A stretch of DNA of 64,000 bases from Pseudomonadota bacterium (GTDB lineage: Bacteria > Pseudomonadota > Gammaproteobacteria > JAKAQQ01): assembly GCA_021810635.1 (NCBI GenBank), contig JAJZIH010000003.1:56301-120300 (forward strand). Reading direction: 5' to 3'. A model generated the notes under the pieces. It did not search any database and was not told the DNA's origin. It saw only the letters and a program-made list of their open reading frames with translations. The translations under genes were made by a program, and so were the position numbers. Positions 38,108 through 48,609 of the stretch are shown in pieces (the stretch's first letter is position 1; every line of letters begins with the position of its first letter).

Positions 38108-39252
38108 GTGAGACGGCGTTTCGGGACCACCGGGAGCCGGTTCCGAGGCATCACCCGCATGTTGTTTCTCAGCGTTTCCGGAACTTCCGTCACGACCGTT
38201 GCACCGAGCGGAAGCCCCGTGCGGATCACCGCCAGCCCGCCCGCCTCATGGGCAACCGTAACCGGGACGATCACGGCCCGGCCGTTGACCACCTCGTAGA
38301 CAAAATATCCCTTTTGCCCGTCTTGGACGGCCGTTTGGGGAACCACGAGGGCATTTTTCTGGACGGACAGAACGACGCGGACCCCCACATACTGTCCGGG
38401 CCAGAGCCGCAGTGGATGGTTGGGCAGACGGGCCCGGTAGAGCACGGTTCCGGTCTGGCTGTTGACGGTATTGTCAATGAAAACAAGGGGCCCAGAGCCC
38501 AGCACCTGGCCTCCCCCCTCCCGGCTGACCTCGATGCCGACCGGACCCTGGTCGCGGTAGTGGAGCACGGTCTCGAGATCGCTTTGCGGCAGATTGAACT
38601 CGACCAGGATCGGCGCCATCTGGTTGATCGTGACCAGGGGGGTCGTCATGCTGGAGGAGACGAGGTTGCCGGAACGCACGGAAATGGCACCGGTCAGGCC
38701 GGCAATCGGCGCGCGGATCACGGTGTAGGACAGGTTGATCCGGGCCTGACGGAGCGCCGCCTTGGCCTGCTGGGCCGTGGCCACTGCCGTTTCATAGGCT
38801 TCCGGCGCGATATAGCCATGGGGCAGGAGCGCACTGTCCCGCCGGACGATGGATTCATCCAGGTTCCAGGCCGAGCGCGCCGATGCGAGAGCCGCCTGGA
38901 ACGGAGCCGGATCGATCCGGAAAAGCAACTGGCCGCGGGCCACCATCTGGCCCTCGTGGAAACCCACCGACTGCAACAGGCCGCTCACCTGCGGCATGAC
39001 GCTGACGCTGTGCCGGGAAACGACCTCTCCCGTGGCCCGCAGTTCGATCGGAACCGTGGCCTGTCGGACTGCGGCCGTGGCCACGACCAGGGGGGCATCG
39101 GTCTTGGGCTTCCCCGAATGTTCCTCAGCGCGGATGCGCCAAACGGTTATTCCCACCAAGGCCAGAAGGACCAAGCTCCCGATGAGGCGGCCCTTGGAAA
39201 ACAATCGCGAAGATCTGTGCGGCACGAGCGATCCCAGTTGACGATAGGTCAT
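38104..39252 (-). CDS. RND periplasmic adaptor, MdtA-like
   Basis: V.PQVSG.L..V.F.EGQ.V..GQLLFRIDP, IRAPI.G, FIDNTVN.QTGT, LWPGQYV. Confidence 0.93.
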   Translation of the reverse strand: MTYRQLGSLVPHRSSRLFSKGRLIGSLVLLALVGITVWRIRAEEHSGKPKTDAPLVVATAAVRQATVPIELRATGEVVSRHSVSVMPQVSGLLQSVGFHEGQMVARGQLLFRIDPAPFQAALASARSAWNLDESIVRRDSALLPHGYIAPEAYETAVATAQQAKAALRQARINLSYTVIRAPIAGLTGAISVRSGNLVSSSMTTPLVTINQMAPILVEFNLPQSDLETVLHYRDQGPVGIEVSREGGGQVLGSGPLVFIDNTVNSQTGTVLYRARLPNHPLRLWPGQYVGVRVVLSVQKNALVVPQTAVQDGQKGYFVYEVVNGRAVIVPVTVAHEAGGLAVIRTGLPLGATVVTEVPETLRNNMRVMPRNRLPVVPKRRLT

Positions 39253-39361
39253 TTTCCCATGAACCGGTCATTGGGAGTGTCAGCGTTACAATTCGTTACA
39301 GAATGCGGTCGGCTTCCGACTTACAATGATTTCAGATGGCTGATCGCACAGGACTCTCGCC

Positions 39362-40090
39362 TTGGCACGGAACGATTTCATTCTCATCGTCGACGATGAT
39401 CCCGAAATCCGGGATCTCCTGCAGCTCTTTTTGGTTCGCCACGGCTATCGGGTCAAGGCGGTTCCGGACGGGTCGTTTTTGGAATCCGCGCTCGAACCCC
39501 CGAACCTGCCCCCCGATCTCATCATTCTGGACCTCATGTTGCCCGGTGGGGATGGACTCAGCTGGTGCCAGTGGCTGCGCAAACGCTCTCGCATTCCCGT
39601 TCTCATGTTGACGGCGCGGGGGGCGGAAACGGACCGGATTGCCGGGCTCGAAACCGGAGCCGACGACTATTTGGCCAAACCCTTCCATCCGGAGGAACTG
39701 CTGGCTCGAATCCGCAGCGTGCTCCGCCGGACCCGCTCCTTTCCCGACAGGTTGGACAGCGAGTCCATCCGCGAGTTCCGTTTCGGGGACTGGCGGCTGC
39801 TCACGGGCAGCCGCGAGCTCATCGACCCGCAGAATGTGCGGATCGCCCTCTCGGGGGCCGAATACCGGCTCCTGCGCATTTTTCTCGAACGCCCCCAGAC
39901 GGTCATTCAACGCGAGGTCTTAACCGAGATGCTGTGGAGCCGCAGCCCCCAGCCCACGGATCGCAGCGTCGACATCCAGGTCAGCCGGCTCCGCCACCGG
40001 CTGCATGACGACGGCCGCGAACCCAGCCTGATCCGTACCGTCCGCGGAGAAGGCTACCTGTTCGCCCTCGCCGCCCAGCCCGCCCGATGA
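39362..40090 (+). CDS. OmpR-family response regulator
   Basis: ILIVDDD, ILDLMLPGGDG, GADDYLAKPF, DRSVDIQVSRLR, IRTVRGEGY. Confidence 0.95.
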   Translation: MARNDFILIVDDDPEIRDLLQLFLVRHGYRVKAVPDGSFLESALEPPNLPPDLIILDLMLPGGDGLSWCQWLRKRSRIPVLMLTARGAETDRIAGLETGADDYLAKPFHPEELLARIRSVLRRTRSFPDRLDSESIREFRFGDWRLLTGSRELIDPQNVRIALSGAEYRLLRIFLERPQTVIQREVLTEMLWSRSPQPTDRSVDIQVSRLRHRLHDDGREPSLIRTVRGEGYLFALAAQPAR

Positions 40091-41505
40091 TCCGCTGGCT
40101 GCCGCAATCCCTGTTTGGCCGACTGGTCCTCATTCTTCTGGCGGGCCTGATCGTGGCACAGATCCTGGCCGCAAGCCTCAGCTTCTACGAAAGGGATCAG
40201 GCTCTCGTCTATTTCACCGACCGCCAGTGGGCGGAACGGGACGCCGATCTCGTGAGCCTGCTGGACCGTCTGCCACCCTCGGAACAGAGCCTCGTGGCCT
40301 CGATCCGGACCTCGCCCCGGGTGCGGATCCGCCTGTTCGCGCATCATCCCCCACCCGATCCCCACGCCCTGCCGCAGGACTCCCGGGCCCGGCGGTTTCT
40401 CCGTCTGCTTGAGAAACTGCTTCCCCACCATCGCATCACCGGCTACCTCCTGCGGGAACCGGTACCGGCCGCGGACCGGTTGTTTCCATTCGAGTACGGT
40501 TACCGGACCCGCAGCCTGTTCCAGGTCCGGCTGGATCCTGCGGGATGGGTCCGCTTCAACTACCTTCGGCCACTGGCCGTGACGGAGTGGCCGTATCCCC
40601 TGATCGTCTACCTCGGCGTCTTGGGCGTGGGAATCATCCTGCTTTCACTGTGGGCGGTCCGCCTCGCCACGCGCCCGCTCCGGGATCTGGCCAGTGCCGC
40701 AGAAGATCTGGGCCGCAACATCCACCGCTCCCCGATGCCGGAGCGGGGGCCCATCGAGGTCCAGCGTGCGGCACGTGCCTTCAATGGCATGCAGAACCGC
40801 CTGAGCCAGTTCATCGAGGATCGGACCCGCCTGCTCACTGCCATCTCGCATGACCTGAGGACACCGATTACGCGAATGCGTCTCCGCAGCGAACTCCTGG
40901 ATGATCCCGGGCTCAGGGAAAAGTTCGTCCGGGACCTGGCCGAGATGGAGGCCATGACCCGCCAGACCCTCGACTTCCTGCAGGGGCTGGACATCGCGGA
41001 AGAAGAGCAACCCATTGATCTCTCCGCCCTCCTGGAAACGATCGTCGCGGACCTCGGGGAACAAGGTCTGCCGGCTACCCTCAACGGCTCTTTGCCACAC
41101 CCGATCCCAGGCCGGCCGTCCCTCCTCCGCAGGCTGTTCGAAAACCTGATCCACAATGCACTGACCTATGGAGGCAGGGCAGAAATCGGAATCCATCCGG
41201 GCGACCGGAACGTCGAGGTTCGCATCCGCGACCACGGACCCGGCATCCCGTTCGACCGGCTCGAAAAGGTCCTCGAGCCCTACTACCGGCTGGATCCCTC
41301 CCGGGGACATGTACGCGGCGGGTTCGGGCTCGGGCTCAGCATTGCCCGCAATATCGCGGAGACCCATGGCGGGCAACTGGTCCTGCGCAATCATCCGGAT
41401 GGCGGACTCGAAGCCCGGGTGATCCTGCCGCTCGCCCGCCAACCGGGGAATCGGCGACCGGCCCCCATTCCGGAACCCCAGGCGGTGCCAAATCCGCTAT
41501 CCTAG
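40087..41505 (+). CDS. HAMP-domain sensor histidine kinase (EnvZ/RstB-like)
   Basis: AISHDLRTPITR, NLIHNA, D.GPGI, GFGLGLSIA. Confidence 0.95.
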   Translation: MIRWLPQSLFGRLVLILLAGLIVAQILAASLSFYERDQALVYFTDRQWAERDADLVSLLDRLPPSEQSLVASIRTSPRVRIRLFAHHPPPDPHALPQDSRARRFLRLLEKLLPHHRITGYLLREPVPAADRLFPFEYGYRTRSLFQVRLDPAGWVRFNYLRPLAVTEWPYPLIVYLGVLGVGIILLSLWAVRLATRPLRDLASAAEDLGRNIHRSPMPERGPIEVQRAARAFNGMQNRLSQFIEDRTRLLTAISHDLRTPITRMRLRSELLDDPGLREKFVRDLAEMEAMTRQTLDFLQGLDIAEEEQPIDLSALLETIVADLGEQGLPATLNGSLPHPIPGRPSLLRRLFENLIHNALTYGGRAEIGIHPGDRNVEVRIRDHGPGIPFDRLEKVLEPYYRLDPSRGHVRGGFGLGLSIARNIAETHGGQLVLRNHPDGGLEARVILPLARQPGNRRPAPIPEPQAVPNPLS

Positions 41506-41531
41506 CCCGACCCCCACGCCCGGGTGCTACC

Positions 41532-41924
41532 GTGGTGCCGCTGTTCCCGCTCCTCCTCGCCAGTCACGTCGTCTGTGCCGTCGTGAGCCTCCTGCTGTTT
41601 CTGATCCGGGGGATCCCGAGCCTCGTGCTGGAGCGCCCCCTGCCCGGCCGTTTTTTCCGGGTTGCCCCCCATGTGACGGATACCCTGCTGCTTGCAACCG
41701 GCATTGCACTCGCCTGGACCCTCTCGCTCGACCCTCTGCAGGTCCCGTGGCTCGGAGTCAAGCTGCTGCTCGTGGTCGTCTACATCGCACTCGGAATCCT
41801 GGCGTTCCGCCTGCACGGCCCGCGCCGGTGGCGGCTGGTTCTCTTCACGCTTGCGCTATTGGTCTTCGCCGATATCGTCGCCATCGCCGTGACCCGCTCC
41901 CCGCTCGGGCTCGGGAGCCTGTAG
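41532..41924 (+). CDS. SirB2 family membrane protein
   Basis: H..C...S..LF.IRG, PHVTDTLLL.TG, WL..KL..VVVYIALG. Confidence 0.88.
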   Translation: MVPLFPLLLASHVVCAVVSLLLFLIRGIPSLVLERPLPGRFFRVAPHVTDTLLLATGIALAWTLSLDPLQVPWLGVKLLLVVVYIALGILAFRLHGPRRWRLVLFTLALLVFADIVAIAVTRSPLGLGSL

Positions 41925-42269
41925 CGCATCCATTGATGGGATCTGCCGCGGAGTTCAGCGCCTGCCGCCGACTCGCGGACTGAATCAGCAGTCCGCATCG
42001 AGAAGCGCTTGATGCTCTCGAGGATCGGAGTGGCGATCCTCGTCCGGATGTGCGCAGGGACGCGCGGGGGGTGGGCCATCCAGCCCTTGGCCGCCGAGGG
42101 CCTGAGCTGCCGTCATTGTCCGTCACCCGGTGCCGATCCCGCGTGAGCGGCGTGGCAAACCCTCCGGAATCATCCCCTGCCCCGGCACCCGGCAAAGACG
42201 TGGAGATCCAAACTCTTTGTCTCCACATGCCGGGCGGACCGAGCGACGCACACCGTTCAGCCGGATCGC

Positions 42270-42929
42270 TCAGAAAGGGGATGCGAAATCTTTCCAGGCA
42301 TCGGGAGTGCCCATGTCCCGCCACAAGCCGTCGTAGAACCGACCGCCGAGTACCCCCTCGAAAGCCCACCGCATGAGCCAGGGAGCCAGGGGAAGGGGGC
42401 GCTCGGCCTCCAGGGATTCGAACAGCACCGGCCGGTAGAGGCCGATCCCGGCAAAGGTGTAGCGGGGTCCGTCTCCGCCCCCGACCCACCCCTCCGACAG
42501 GGTGAAGTCCCCCTCCGGATGGTGCGGCGGATTCGGGACAAGCACGATGTGCGCGGCTTCACCCGCGTCGAGGTTGAGTGTCGCATACGGAAAATCGGTC
42601 AGGAGATCGGCATTGACCACGAGGAAAGGTCCGGGTCCGAGCCAAGGCAGCGCCCGGCGGATCCCTCCGGCCGTCTCAAGGGGACGGGAGCCCTCGTCGG
42701 AATAGCGGATCCGGACCCCGAAGCCCTCCCCGTCCCCGAGTGCCGAGCGGATCTGGTCCCCCCGGTACGACAGGTTGATGACCAGATCCCGGAAACCGGC
42801 TGAGGCGAGGGTCCGGATCTGGCGCGCCATCAGCGACTGCCCGCCGATCTCGAGGAGCGGTTTTGGGATCCGATCCGTCCACGGACGCAATCGCGTCCCA
42901 CGACCGGCCGCGAGCAAGAGGACCTTCAC
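42270..42929 (-). CDS. murU: N-acetylmuramate alpha-1-phosphate uridylyltransferase
   Basis: LLAAGRGTRLRP.TD..PKPLL, LETAGGI, LVPNPPHHP.GDF, W.DMGTP; paired with amgK. Confidence 0.9.
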   Translation of the reverse strand: MKVLLLAAGRGTRLRPWTDRIPKPLLEIGGQSLMARQIRTLASAGFRDLVINLSYRGDQIRSALGDGEGFGVRIRYSDEGSRPLETAGGIRRALPWLGPGPFLVVNADLLTDFPYATLNLDAGEAAHIVLVPNPPHHPEGDFTLSEGWVGGGDGPRYTFAGIGLYRPVLFESLEAERPLPLAPWLMRWAFEGVLGGRFYDGLWRDMGTPDAWKDFASPF

Positions 42930-43915
42930 GGGCCGGCCGGACCAGGCAAGGCCGGAAGGATTTCGTCCTCGATCCAGGCGCCGAGCGGTGCGAGTGCGGG
43001 ATAGGGGGAACTGGCCCGGACCACGTAACCCAAGGTCCGTGGAATGTCCGCCAGATAGCCCGGCTTGCCGTCGCGGTGCCAAAGCCTGGCAAAGATGCCG
43101 GCGGCCTTGAGGTGGCGCTGGATGCCCATCCAGTCAAAGTCGATCCGCCAGTCGGACCAGGCCGGCAGCGGCAGGCCGGCGGAACGGGCCCGGGCATGGT
43201 AATCCCTCAACCAGTCCAGAACGGCGCCTTCGGGCCATTCAACGTAACAGTCGCGCAGAAGCGAAACCGGATCATAACTTGTAGGTCCGACCACGGCATC
43301 CTGGAAATCGATCACGCCGGGCGAACGTTCGGGCAGGAACAGGAGATTTCGCGAATGGTAGTCCCGATGGACCCAGACCTGGCCCTGTCCGAGGGCGCGA
43401 TCGACCAGTTTCCGGCCGGCGTCAGCAAAACGCCGCTGCAGGGCATGGGCATCGAGGCCCAGATGGCTCTCGACCAGCCAGTTCCAGAATAGATCCATTT
43501 CCCCCTCGAGTCGCTCCGCATCGTAATGCGGCCAGGCCGGCGGGGGGCGCACCGAGGCTATGCGCACCAAAGTCGCCCAAGCGTCATCGAACAGGCGACC
43601 GGGATCGATCCCTTGCAGGCGGGCAGTTTCATAAGTCACGGAACCCAGGTCCTCCATGGCGGCAAACCCCTCCTCCTGTTCGAGCGCAAGCAGAGCCGGA
43701 ACGTGGATCCCGGCCTCTTCGAGGAGGCCGCGCACCACCAGCCAGGACCCGAGGGGCTCGCGGCCCGGCGGCGCATCCATGACGATGAGGCTCCGATCCG
43801 GATATATAATGCGAAAATAGCGGCGAAACGAAGCATCTTGGGATGCGGGCCGGACCTCCGCAAAGGCCCCGATGGCATCGGTGATCCATTGTCTCATTCT
43901 GTCCAGACGATCCAA
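42926..43915 (-). CDS. amgK: Anomeric MurNAc/GlcNAc kinase (APH family)
   Basis: ASQDASFRRYFR, VMDAPP, VHRDYHSRNL, VIDFQDA, QRHLKAAGIFARL..RDGK. Confidence 0.92.
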   Translation of the reverse strand: MDRLDRMRQWITDAIGAFAEVRPASQDASFRRYFRIIYPDRSLIVMDAPPGREPLGSWLVVRGLLEEAGIHVPALLALEQEEGFAAMEDLGSVTYETARLQGIDPGRLFDDAWATLVRIASVRPPPAWPHYDAERLEGEMDLFWNWLVESHLGLDAHALQRRFADAGRKLVDRALGQGQVWVHRDYHSRNLLFLPERSPGVIDFQDAVVGPTSYDPVSLLRDCYVEWPEGAVLDWLRDYHARARSAGLPLPAWSDWRIDFDWMGIQRHLKAAGIFARLWHRDGKPGYLADIPRTLGYVVRASSPYPALAPLGAWIEDEILPALPGPAGP

Positions 43916-44009
43916 CCGTATCTCTCGCTTGCCCGCGGCGGTTCATGATAGCGGAAACGCGCCCTTCGCCTGCAGGCGGCCCGCGCCTCGGACCGGCCTC
44001 GCAACCCCC

Positions 44010-46223
44010 GTGAGAATCCCGTCTCCCCGATACTGGGTGACCGGTCTTCTCTTGGCCGGCCTCGCGGGCCCGGGGCTGGCCCGCCCGCTCTACCTGTTCC
44101 GCAACTGCCCTCCCCTGCCGGCCGCCGCCCTTCCCAGGCACCCGATCCCCGGCGTGGTCACCGCCCGGTCCCGGCGGGCCCAGATGGTCCGGAAGGGAAT
44201 CTCGCACCTCTTCGGCCAGGTGACCCTGACCCAAGGTGACCGACGCCTCTGGGTCGATCAAGCCCGCTACGACCGGGCCCTGAACATCGTCACCGGCAGG
44301 GGGAACCTGCGTTTTGCCGAACCCGGGTTTGATCTGCTCGGCAGTCACGGAATCTACAACTTCACCACCGGGCGCGGACTGTTCTATGACACCCAGTACG
44401 AGATTCCCAAACGGCACGGAAGGGGATCGGCCAAACGGATTGCAATCGACGGAAAGCGGAAGGCCCGCCTCCACACCGTCCGCTACACCACCTGCCCGAT
44501 CGGAAGTGCCGACTGGGCGCTCCATGCCGGCTCGGCCACCCTGTATCCCCGGCAGGACCTCGGGGTGGCTCACGACGTCTGGCTCAACTTTTACGGCGTT
44601 CCGATCTTCTGGACTCCCTACCTCAGCTTTCCCCTGACAAGCCAGCGCAAATCGGGGTTGCTGGCTCCCACGATCGGCGACAACACCCTGAACGGACTGG
44701 ATCTCTCGGTCCCCTACTACTGGAACATCGCCCCCAACATGGACCTCACCCTGACCCCGCGTCTCCTCAGCTACCGCGGGCTCCTGACCGGCATCAAGTT
44801 CCGGTATCTCACGGAGACGAGCCAAGGCGAGCTCGTCGGGCACTACCTGCCACACGATCGGATCACCAACAGCCGGCGCGCCCAGTTCAGCTACCTCGAC
44901 ACGACCCAGTTCAACACCCACTTGAACCTGTCCACCAACATCAACTACGTGAGCGATCCCAGCTATTTTCAGGATTTCGGGAACAGCCTCGTCGAAGCCG
45001 CACAACCCTACGAGTACCGGACCATCACCCTGACCTACGCCGAACCGGACTGGCACGTCGAGAGCCTCGTCCAAGACATCCAGACGGTCGACCCCACCAT
45101 CCCGCAGGCCGACCGACCCTATGCCAGCCTGCCGGATTTGCTGTTCGACGGGCGTTGGCTGCGTGACGAGACCCGCCTCGATTTCCACTGGCGGGCCCAG
45201 TTCATCCGCTACGTCAGCACCAGCACCACCGCACTCATCGGAGACCGGCTCGATCTCGAGCCGCGCCTGAGCTATACCCTCGGCAACTCCACAGCGTCGC
45301 TGACCCCGCGCATCGGCCTCAGCGAGACCCATTATCTCCTGAGCGCACCAGCCGTTACTGGCGGATCCACGAGCCTCAACCGTTTCGCGCCCATCGCCAG
45401 CCTGCGTGGACGGCTGCGTTTTTCGCGCACCTGGGCGGGCGGGAGGCTGCTCCAGATCGTCGAGCCCGAGCTGTTCTATCTCTACGTCCCCTACCGAAAC
45501 CAGAATGATTTCCCGGTCTTCGACACCACGCTGATGCCGTTCGGAACCGAAGAGCTCTTCGCGACCAACCGGTACCTCGGCATCGACCGGCTGGGGGATG
45601 CCAACCAACTCACGGCGGCAGTCACATCGGACATCCTGGACGGCCGGACCGGAGCCCAGCTGGCCTCCTTCACCCTGGGCGAAATCTTGTATTTCGCCAA
45701 CGAACGGGTCACCCTGCCGGGCCAGGCCCCCATCACCCAGGCCCGGTCCAACTATGTGGGCGCGGGATCCCTCACCTTCAACCACCACTGGCTCAGTGAG
45801 GTTGGCCTCGAGTGGGATCCCTACCTCAAGCAATGGGACCAGGCGACCGTCGAACTCGAATACCGCGCTTCCCGTGGGCAGGTCATCGACCTCGCCTACC
45901 GCTACGACCGGAACTTCCTGAACCAGACGGAAATTTCGATGGTCTGGCCCATCACACGGCAGCTGAGCGTGGTCGGCAGCTGGGACTACTCGACACTGGA
46001 CCACGCCACACTCGAAACCTTCGCCGGAATCCAGTACGATACCTGTTGCTGGATCTTCCGGCTGATCGCCCGTCGTTTTGTGACACCGGGCACCACCATC
46101 GGAAGCGTGGGACAACCCAATTCCGGCATTTACTTCCAACTGTCATTCAAGGGGTTGGGCAGCCTGGGCCGACCGCTCGATACCTTCCTCGAAAACGACA
46201 TTCTGGGCTATGGTGACCAATGA
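44010..46223 (+). CDS. lptD: LPS-assembly outer-membrane protein LptD
   Basis: YTTCP, PIFWTPY..FP...RKSGLL.P, PYYWNIAPN.D, VSD..YF.DFG, DRLGDANQ, QYDTCCW; start inferred. Confidence 0.96.
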   Translation: MRIPSPRYWVTGLLLAGLAGPGLARPLYLFRNCPPLPAAALPRHPIPGVVTARSRRAQMVRKGISHLFGQVTLTQGDRRLWVDQARYDRALNIVTGRGNLRFAEPGFDLLGSHGIYNFTTGRGLFYDTQYEIPKRHGRGSAKRIAIDGKRKARLHTVRYTTCPIGSADWALHAGSATLYPRQDLGVAHDVWLNFYGVPIFWTPYLSFPLTSQRKSGLLAPTIGDNTLNGLDLSVPYYWNIAPNMDLTLTPRLLSYRGLLTGIKFRYLTETSQGELVGHYLPHDRITNSRRAQFSYLDTTQFNTHLNLSTNINYVSDPSYFQDFGNSLVEAAQPYEYRTITLTYAEPDWHVESLVQDIQTVDPTIPQADRPYASLPDLLFDGRWLRDETRLDFHWRAQFIRYVSTSTTALIGDRLDLEPRLSYTLGNSTASLTPRIGLSETHYLLSAPAVTGGSTSLNRFAPIASLRGRLRFSRTWAGGRLLQIVEPELFYLYVPYRNQNDFPVFDTTLMPFGTEELFATNRYLGIDRLGDANQLTAAVTSDILDGRTGAQLASFTLGEILYFANERVTLPGQAPITQARSNYVGAGSLTFNHHWLSEVGLEWDPYLKQWDQATVELEYRASRGQVIDLAYRYDRNFLNQTEISMVWPITRQLSVVGSWDYSTLDHATLETFAGIQYDTCCWIFRLIARRFVTPGTTIGSVGQPNSGIYFQLSFKGLGSLGRPLDTFLENDILGYGDQ

Positions 46224-47641
46224 AACCGACTGAAGCAATCCCGTCCCGGCAGATCACCTTGGTTGTGGGCGCCCTGGGTCTTTTGACCCTCCTTGCCGGC
46301 TGCGCCTCAACCCCTCCCCTGACTCACCCCCCCCTGGCTCACCCCCCCCCGGCCCAAACCCGATCAGCGTCCCATCCCCCCTCGCGACCCCGTCCGTCCG
46401 TTCCTCTGCTCAAGGGGATCCTCCTCGACCGGGTCATCGCGGTGGTGAACGGTTCGCCCATTCTCCAGAGCAGCCTCGACCAGGAAATGAACCTGCTCAG
46501 CCACGAGCTCATGGCCCGCCACTTCACCGTACCGCCACGGAAAATCTTCCGTCGTCAAGTTCTTGCGCGAATGGTCCAGCAGAAGATTGAGCTCGAGGCC
46601 GCTCATCTGCACGGCATTGCCGTCTCCGACCAGCACGTCAGCGGGGTCCTCGCGGAAATTGCCGCACGGGACCGGGTTCCCTTTGACCAGTTTCCGGAAA
46701 AACTGCTCCGGGAACACATCAACTATATGGCGTTCCGCAATTTCATCCGGAACGAACTCATCATCCACCGCATGATTTCGACGGCGGTCGTCCCCAACGT
46801 CACTGTCACGAAGGGCGAAGTGGAGGCCTGGCTCCGGGACCATCCCATGCACACCCAGGTCGACTACCACCTCAAGGACATCCGGATCGACATTCCAACG
46901 GCCCGGAACCCGCTCACGGTCCAGGCGGCCAAAAACCAGGCTGAGGCCCTCGTCACCGAACTCAAACTGGGGCACTCCTTCTCGGACATCGCGGTCGCCG
47001 ATTCGGCCGGACGCAACGCCCTCAAGGGCGGAGCACTGGGATGGAAAAGTGCGGATGTCCTGCCCGCCTCCTGGCGCGGGGCTCTCAAGAACCTGCCCCA
47101 GGGGGGGATCACGGCTCCCATCGCCACCCGGCGCGGTTTCGTCATCCTGAAACTGCTCGGTCGCAAAGTCACCGAAATGCATCCGATCTTCGCACGGGAA
47201 TACCGCGTCCGCCAGATCGTGATCCGGCCGACTCCTGCATTGCCGGGAACCGCCGTCCGCCAGCGCCTGCTCAAACTCCGTCGAATGCTGATGCACGGGG
47301 CCCACTGGAGGCCCCTCGCCAAGGCCTACTCGGACGATCCCACCGTCGAGCTCAATGGCGGTCTGCTCGGATGGGTGCTCCCCAAGTCCCTACCCACCCC
47401 CTACCCTAAAATCCTGTCCCACCTCGCGGTCCATCAGATCAGCCAACCATTTCTCACGGACAACGGCTGGGTCATCACTCAGGTCCTGGGCATCCGGCGG
47501 CACAACGTCACCCGACGGATCTTCACCCAAAGGGCCTATGCCATCCTGTTCGAACGCCGGCTCCGCCACGAGGCCGCCCATTTCCTGCACGGCCTGATCG
47601 CCGAGGCGTTCGTGCACTATCTCGTTCCGTGGGCACACTAA
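46220..47641 (+). CDS. surA: Periplasmic chaperone/PPIase SurA (carries a lipobox)
   Basis: LDRVIAVVN, two parvulin-like domains (GG.LGW twice); lptD-surA-pdxA synteny. Confidence 0.9.
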   Translation: MKPTEAIPSRQITLVVGALGLLTLLAGCASTPPLTHPPLAHPPPAQTRSASHPPSRPRPSVPLLKGILLDRVIAVVNGSPILQSSLDQEMNLLSHELMARHFTVPPRKIFRRQVLARMVQQKIELEAAHLHGIAVSDQHVSGVLAEIAARDRVPFDQFPEKLLREHINYMAFRNFIRNELIIHRMISTAVVPNVTVTKGEVEAWLRDHPMHTQVDYHLKDIRIDIPTARNPLTVQAAKNQAEALVTELKLGHSFSDIAVADSAGRNALKGGALGWKSADVLPASWRGALKNLPQGGITAPIATRRGFVILKLLGRKVTEMHPIFAREYRVRQIVIRPTPALPGTAVRQRLLKLRRMLMHGAHWRPLAKAYSDDPTVELNGGLLGWVLPKSLPTPYPKILSHLAVHQISQPFLTDNGWVITQVLGIRRHNVTRRIFTQRAYAILFERRLRHEAAHFLHGLIAEAFVHYLVPWAH

Positions 47642-48609
47642 GACCCACCATCGCGCTCACAACCGGAGAACCCGCCGGCATCGGCCCCGATCTGGCAGTC
47701 GGGCTGGACGGAACCGACCCGGTGCCGGCCCACCTCGTGCTCATCGGAAACCGTCGGCTCCTGGAAGAACGGGCCCAGAGACTCGGGCGGTCCTTTGATG
47801 TGCCTCCCTATGTCCGTGGGCCGGACCGTGCGACCCGACTGTCGCTTTTGGACGTTCCGCTGGAAGACACGGTCCGGGCCGGACACCTCAACCCCGCCAA
47901 CGCACCCTATGTCCTCGAGACGATTGACCGGGGCATTGCCGGCTGCCGGTCCGGCGAGTTCCAGGCGCTCGTCACGGGGCCGGTCCACAAAGCTCACCTC
48001 AGAAACGCCGGGCTGCCCTTCGAGGGTCATACCGAATATCTCGGCCGGAAAACCGGAAGCCCGCATCCAGTCATGCTGTTCGTGACCCCCTCTCTCCGGG
48101 TCGCGCTCGTCACCACCCACGTCGCCCTGAGGGACGTGCCCCGCCTCGTCGACCCCGAACGCCTCGATGCCACCCTCATGACCGTATCCGACGCACTCAC
48201 CCGGCGCTATGGCGTGGCGAATCCCCGGATCGGGGTCCTCGGACTCAATCCGCATGCCGGAGAGGAGGGACTTTTCGGGGACGAGGAAGAACGGGTCATC
48301 CGGCCGGTTTTGGACGCTCGTCGTCGCCAGGGCCTCCGGGTGAGCGGGCCCTGGCCGGCCGATACCGCCCTCACGCCCCACGCGGCCGGAACCCAGGATG
48401 CCTGGATCTCGCTCTACCATGACCAAACGCTGCCGGTCATCAAATACGCCTTCTTCGACACCGCCGTGAACGTCACGCTGGGCCTGCCGTTTCTCCGGAC
48501 TTCGGTCGATCACGGGACCGCGCTCGAACTGGCCGGCAGCGGGCGGGCCCAGATCCACTCGCTCCGGTGTGCCGTGGATCACGCGGTCCGGTATGCCGAA
48601 ATCCACTAG
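47629..48609 (+). CDS. pdxA: 4-hydroxythreonine-4-phosphate dehydrogenase
   Basis: T.GEPAGIGPD, GHTEYL, GLNPHAGE, YHDQ, NVTLGLPFLRTSVDHGTA. Confidence 0.97.
   Translation: MGTLRPTIALTTGEPAGIGPDLAVGLDGTDPVPAHLVLIGNRRLLEERAQRLGRSFDVPPYVRGPDRATRLSLLDVPLEDTVRAGHLNPANAPYVLETIDRGIAGCRSGEFQALVTGPVHKAHLRNAGLPFEGHTEYLGRKTGSPHPVMLFVTPSLRVALVTTHVALRDVPRLVDPERLDATLMTVSDALTRRYGVANPRIGVLGLNPHAGEEGLFGDEEERVIRPVLDARRRQGLRVSGPWPADTALTPHAAGTQDAWISLYHDQTLPVIKYAFFDTAVNVTLGLPFLRTSVDHGTALELAGSGRAQIHSLRCAVDHAVRYAEIH

Noticed and set aside
43629..46139. 836-aa antisense ORF and similar long shadow ORFs (e.g. 22798-24810, 7206-8849, 11071-12474, 56461-57843)
   Set aside because: They lie opposite well-supported genes, have no family motifs, and are a typical GC-rich codon artefact
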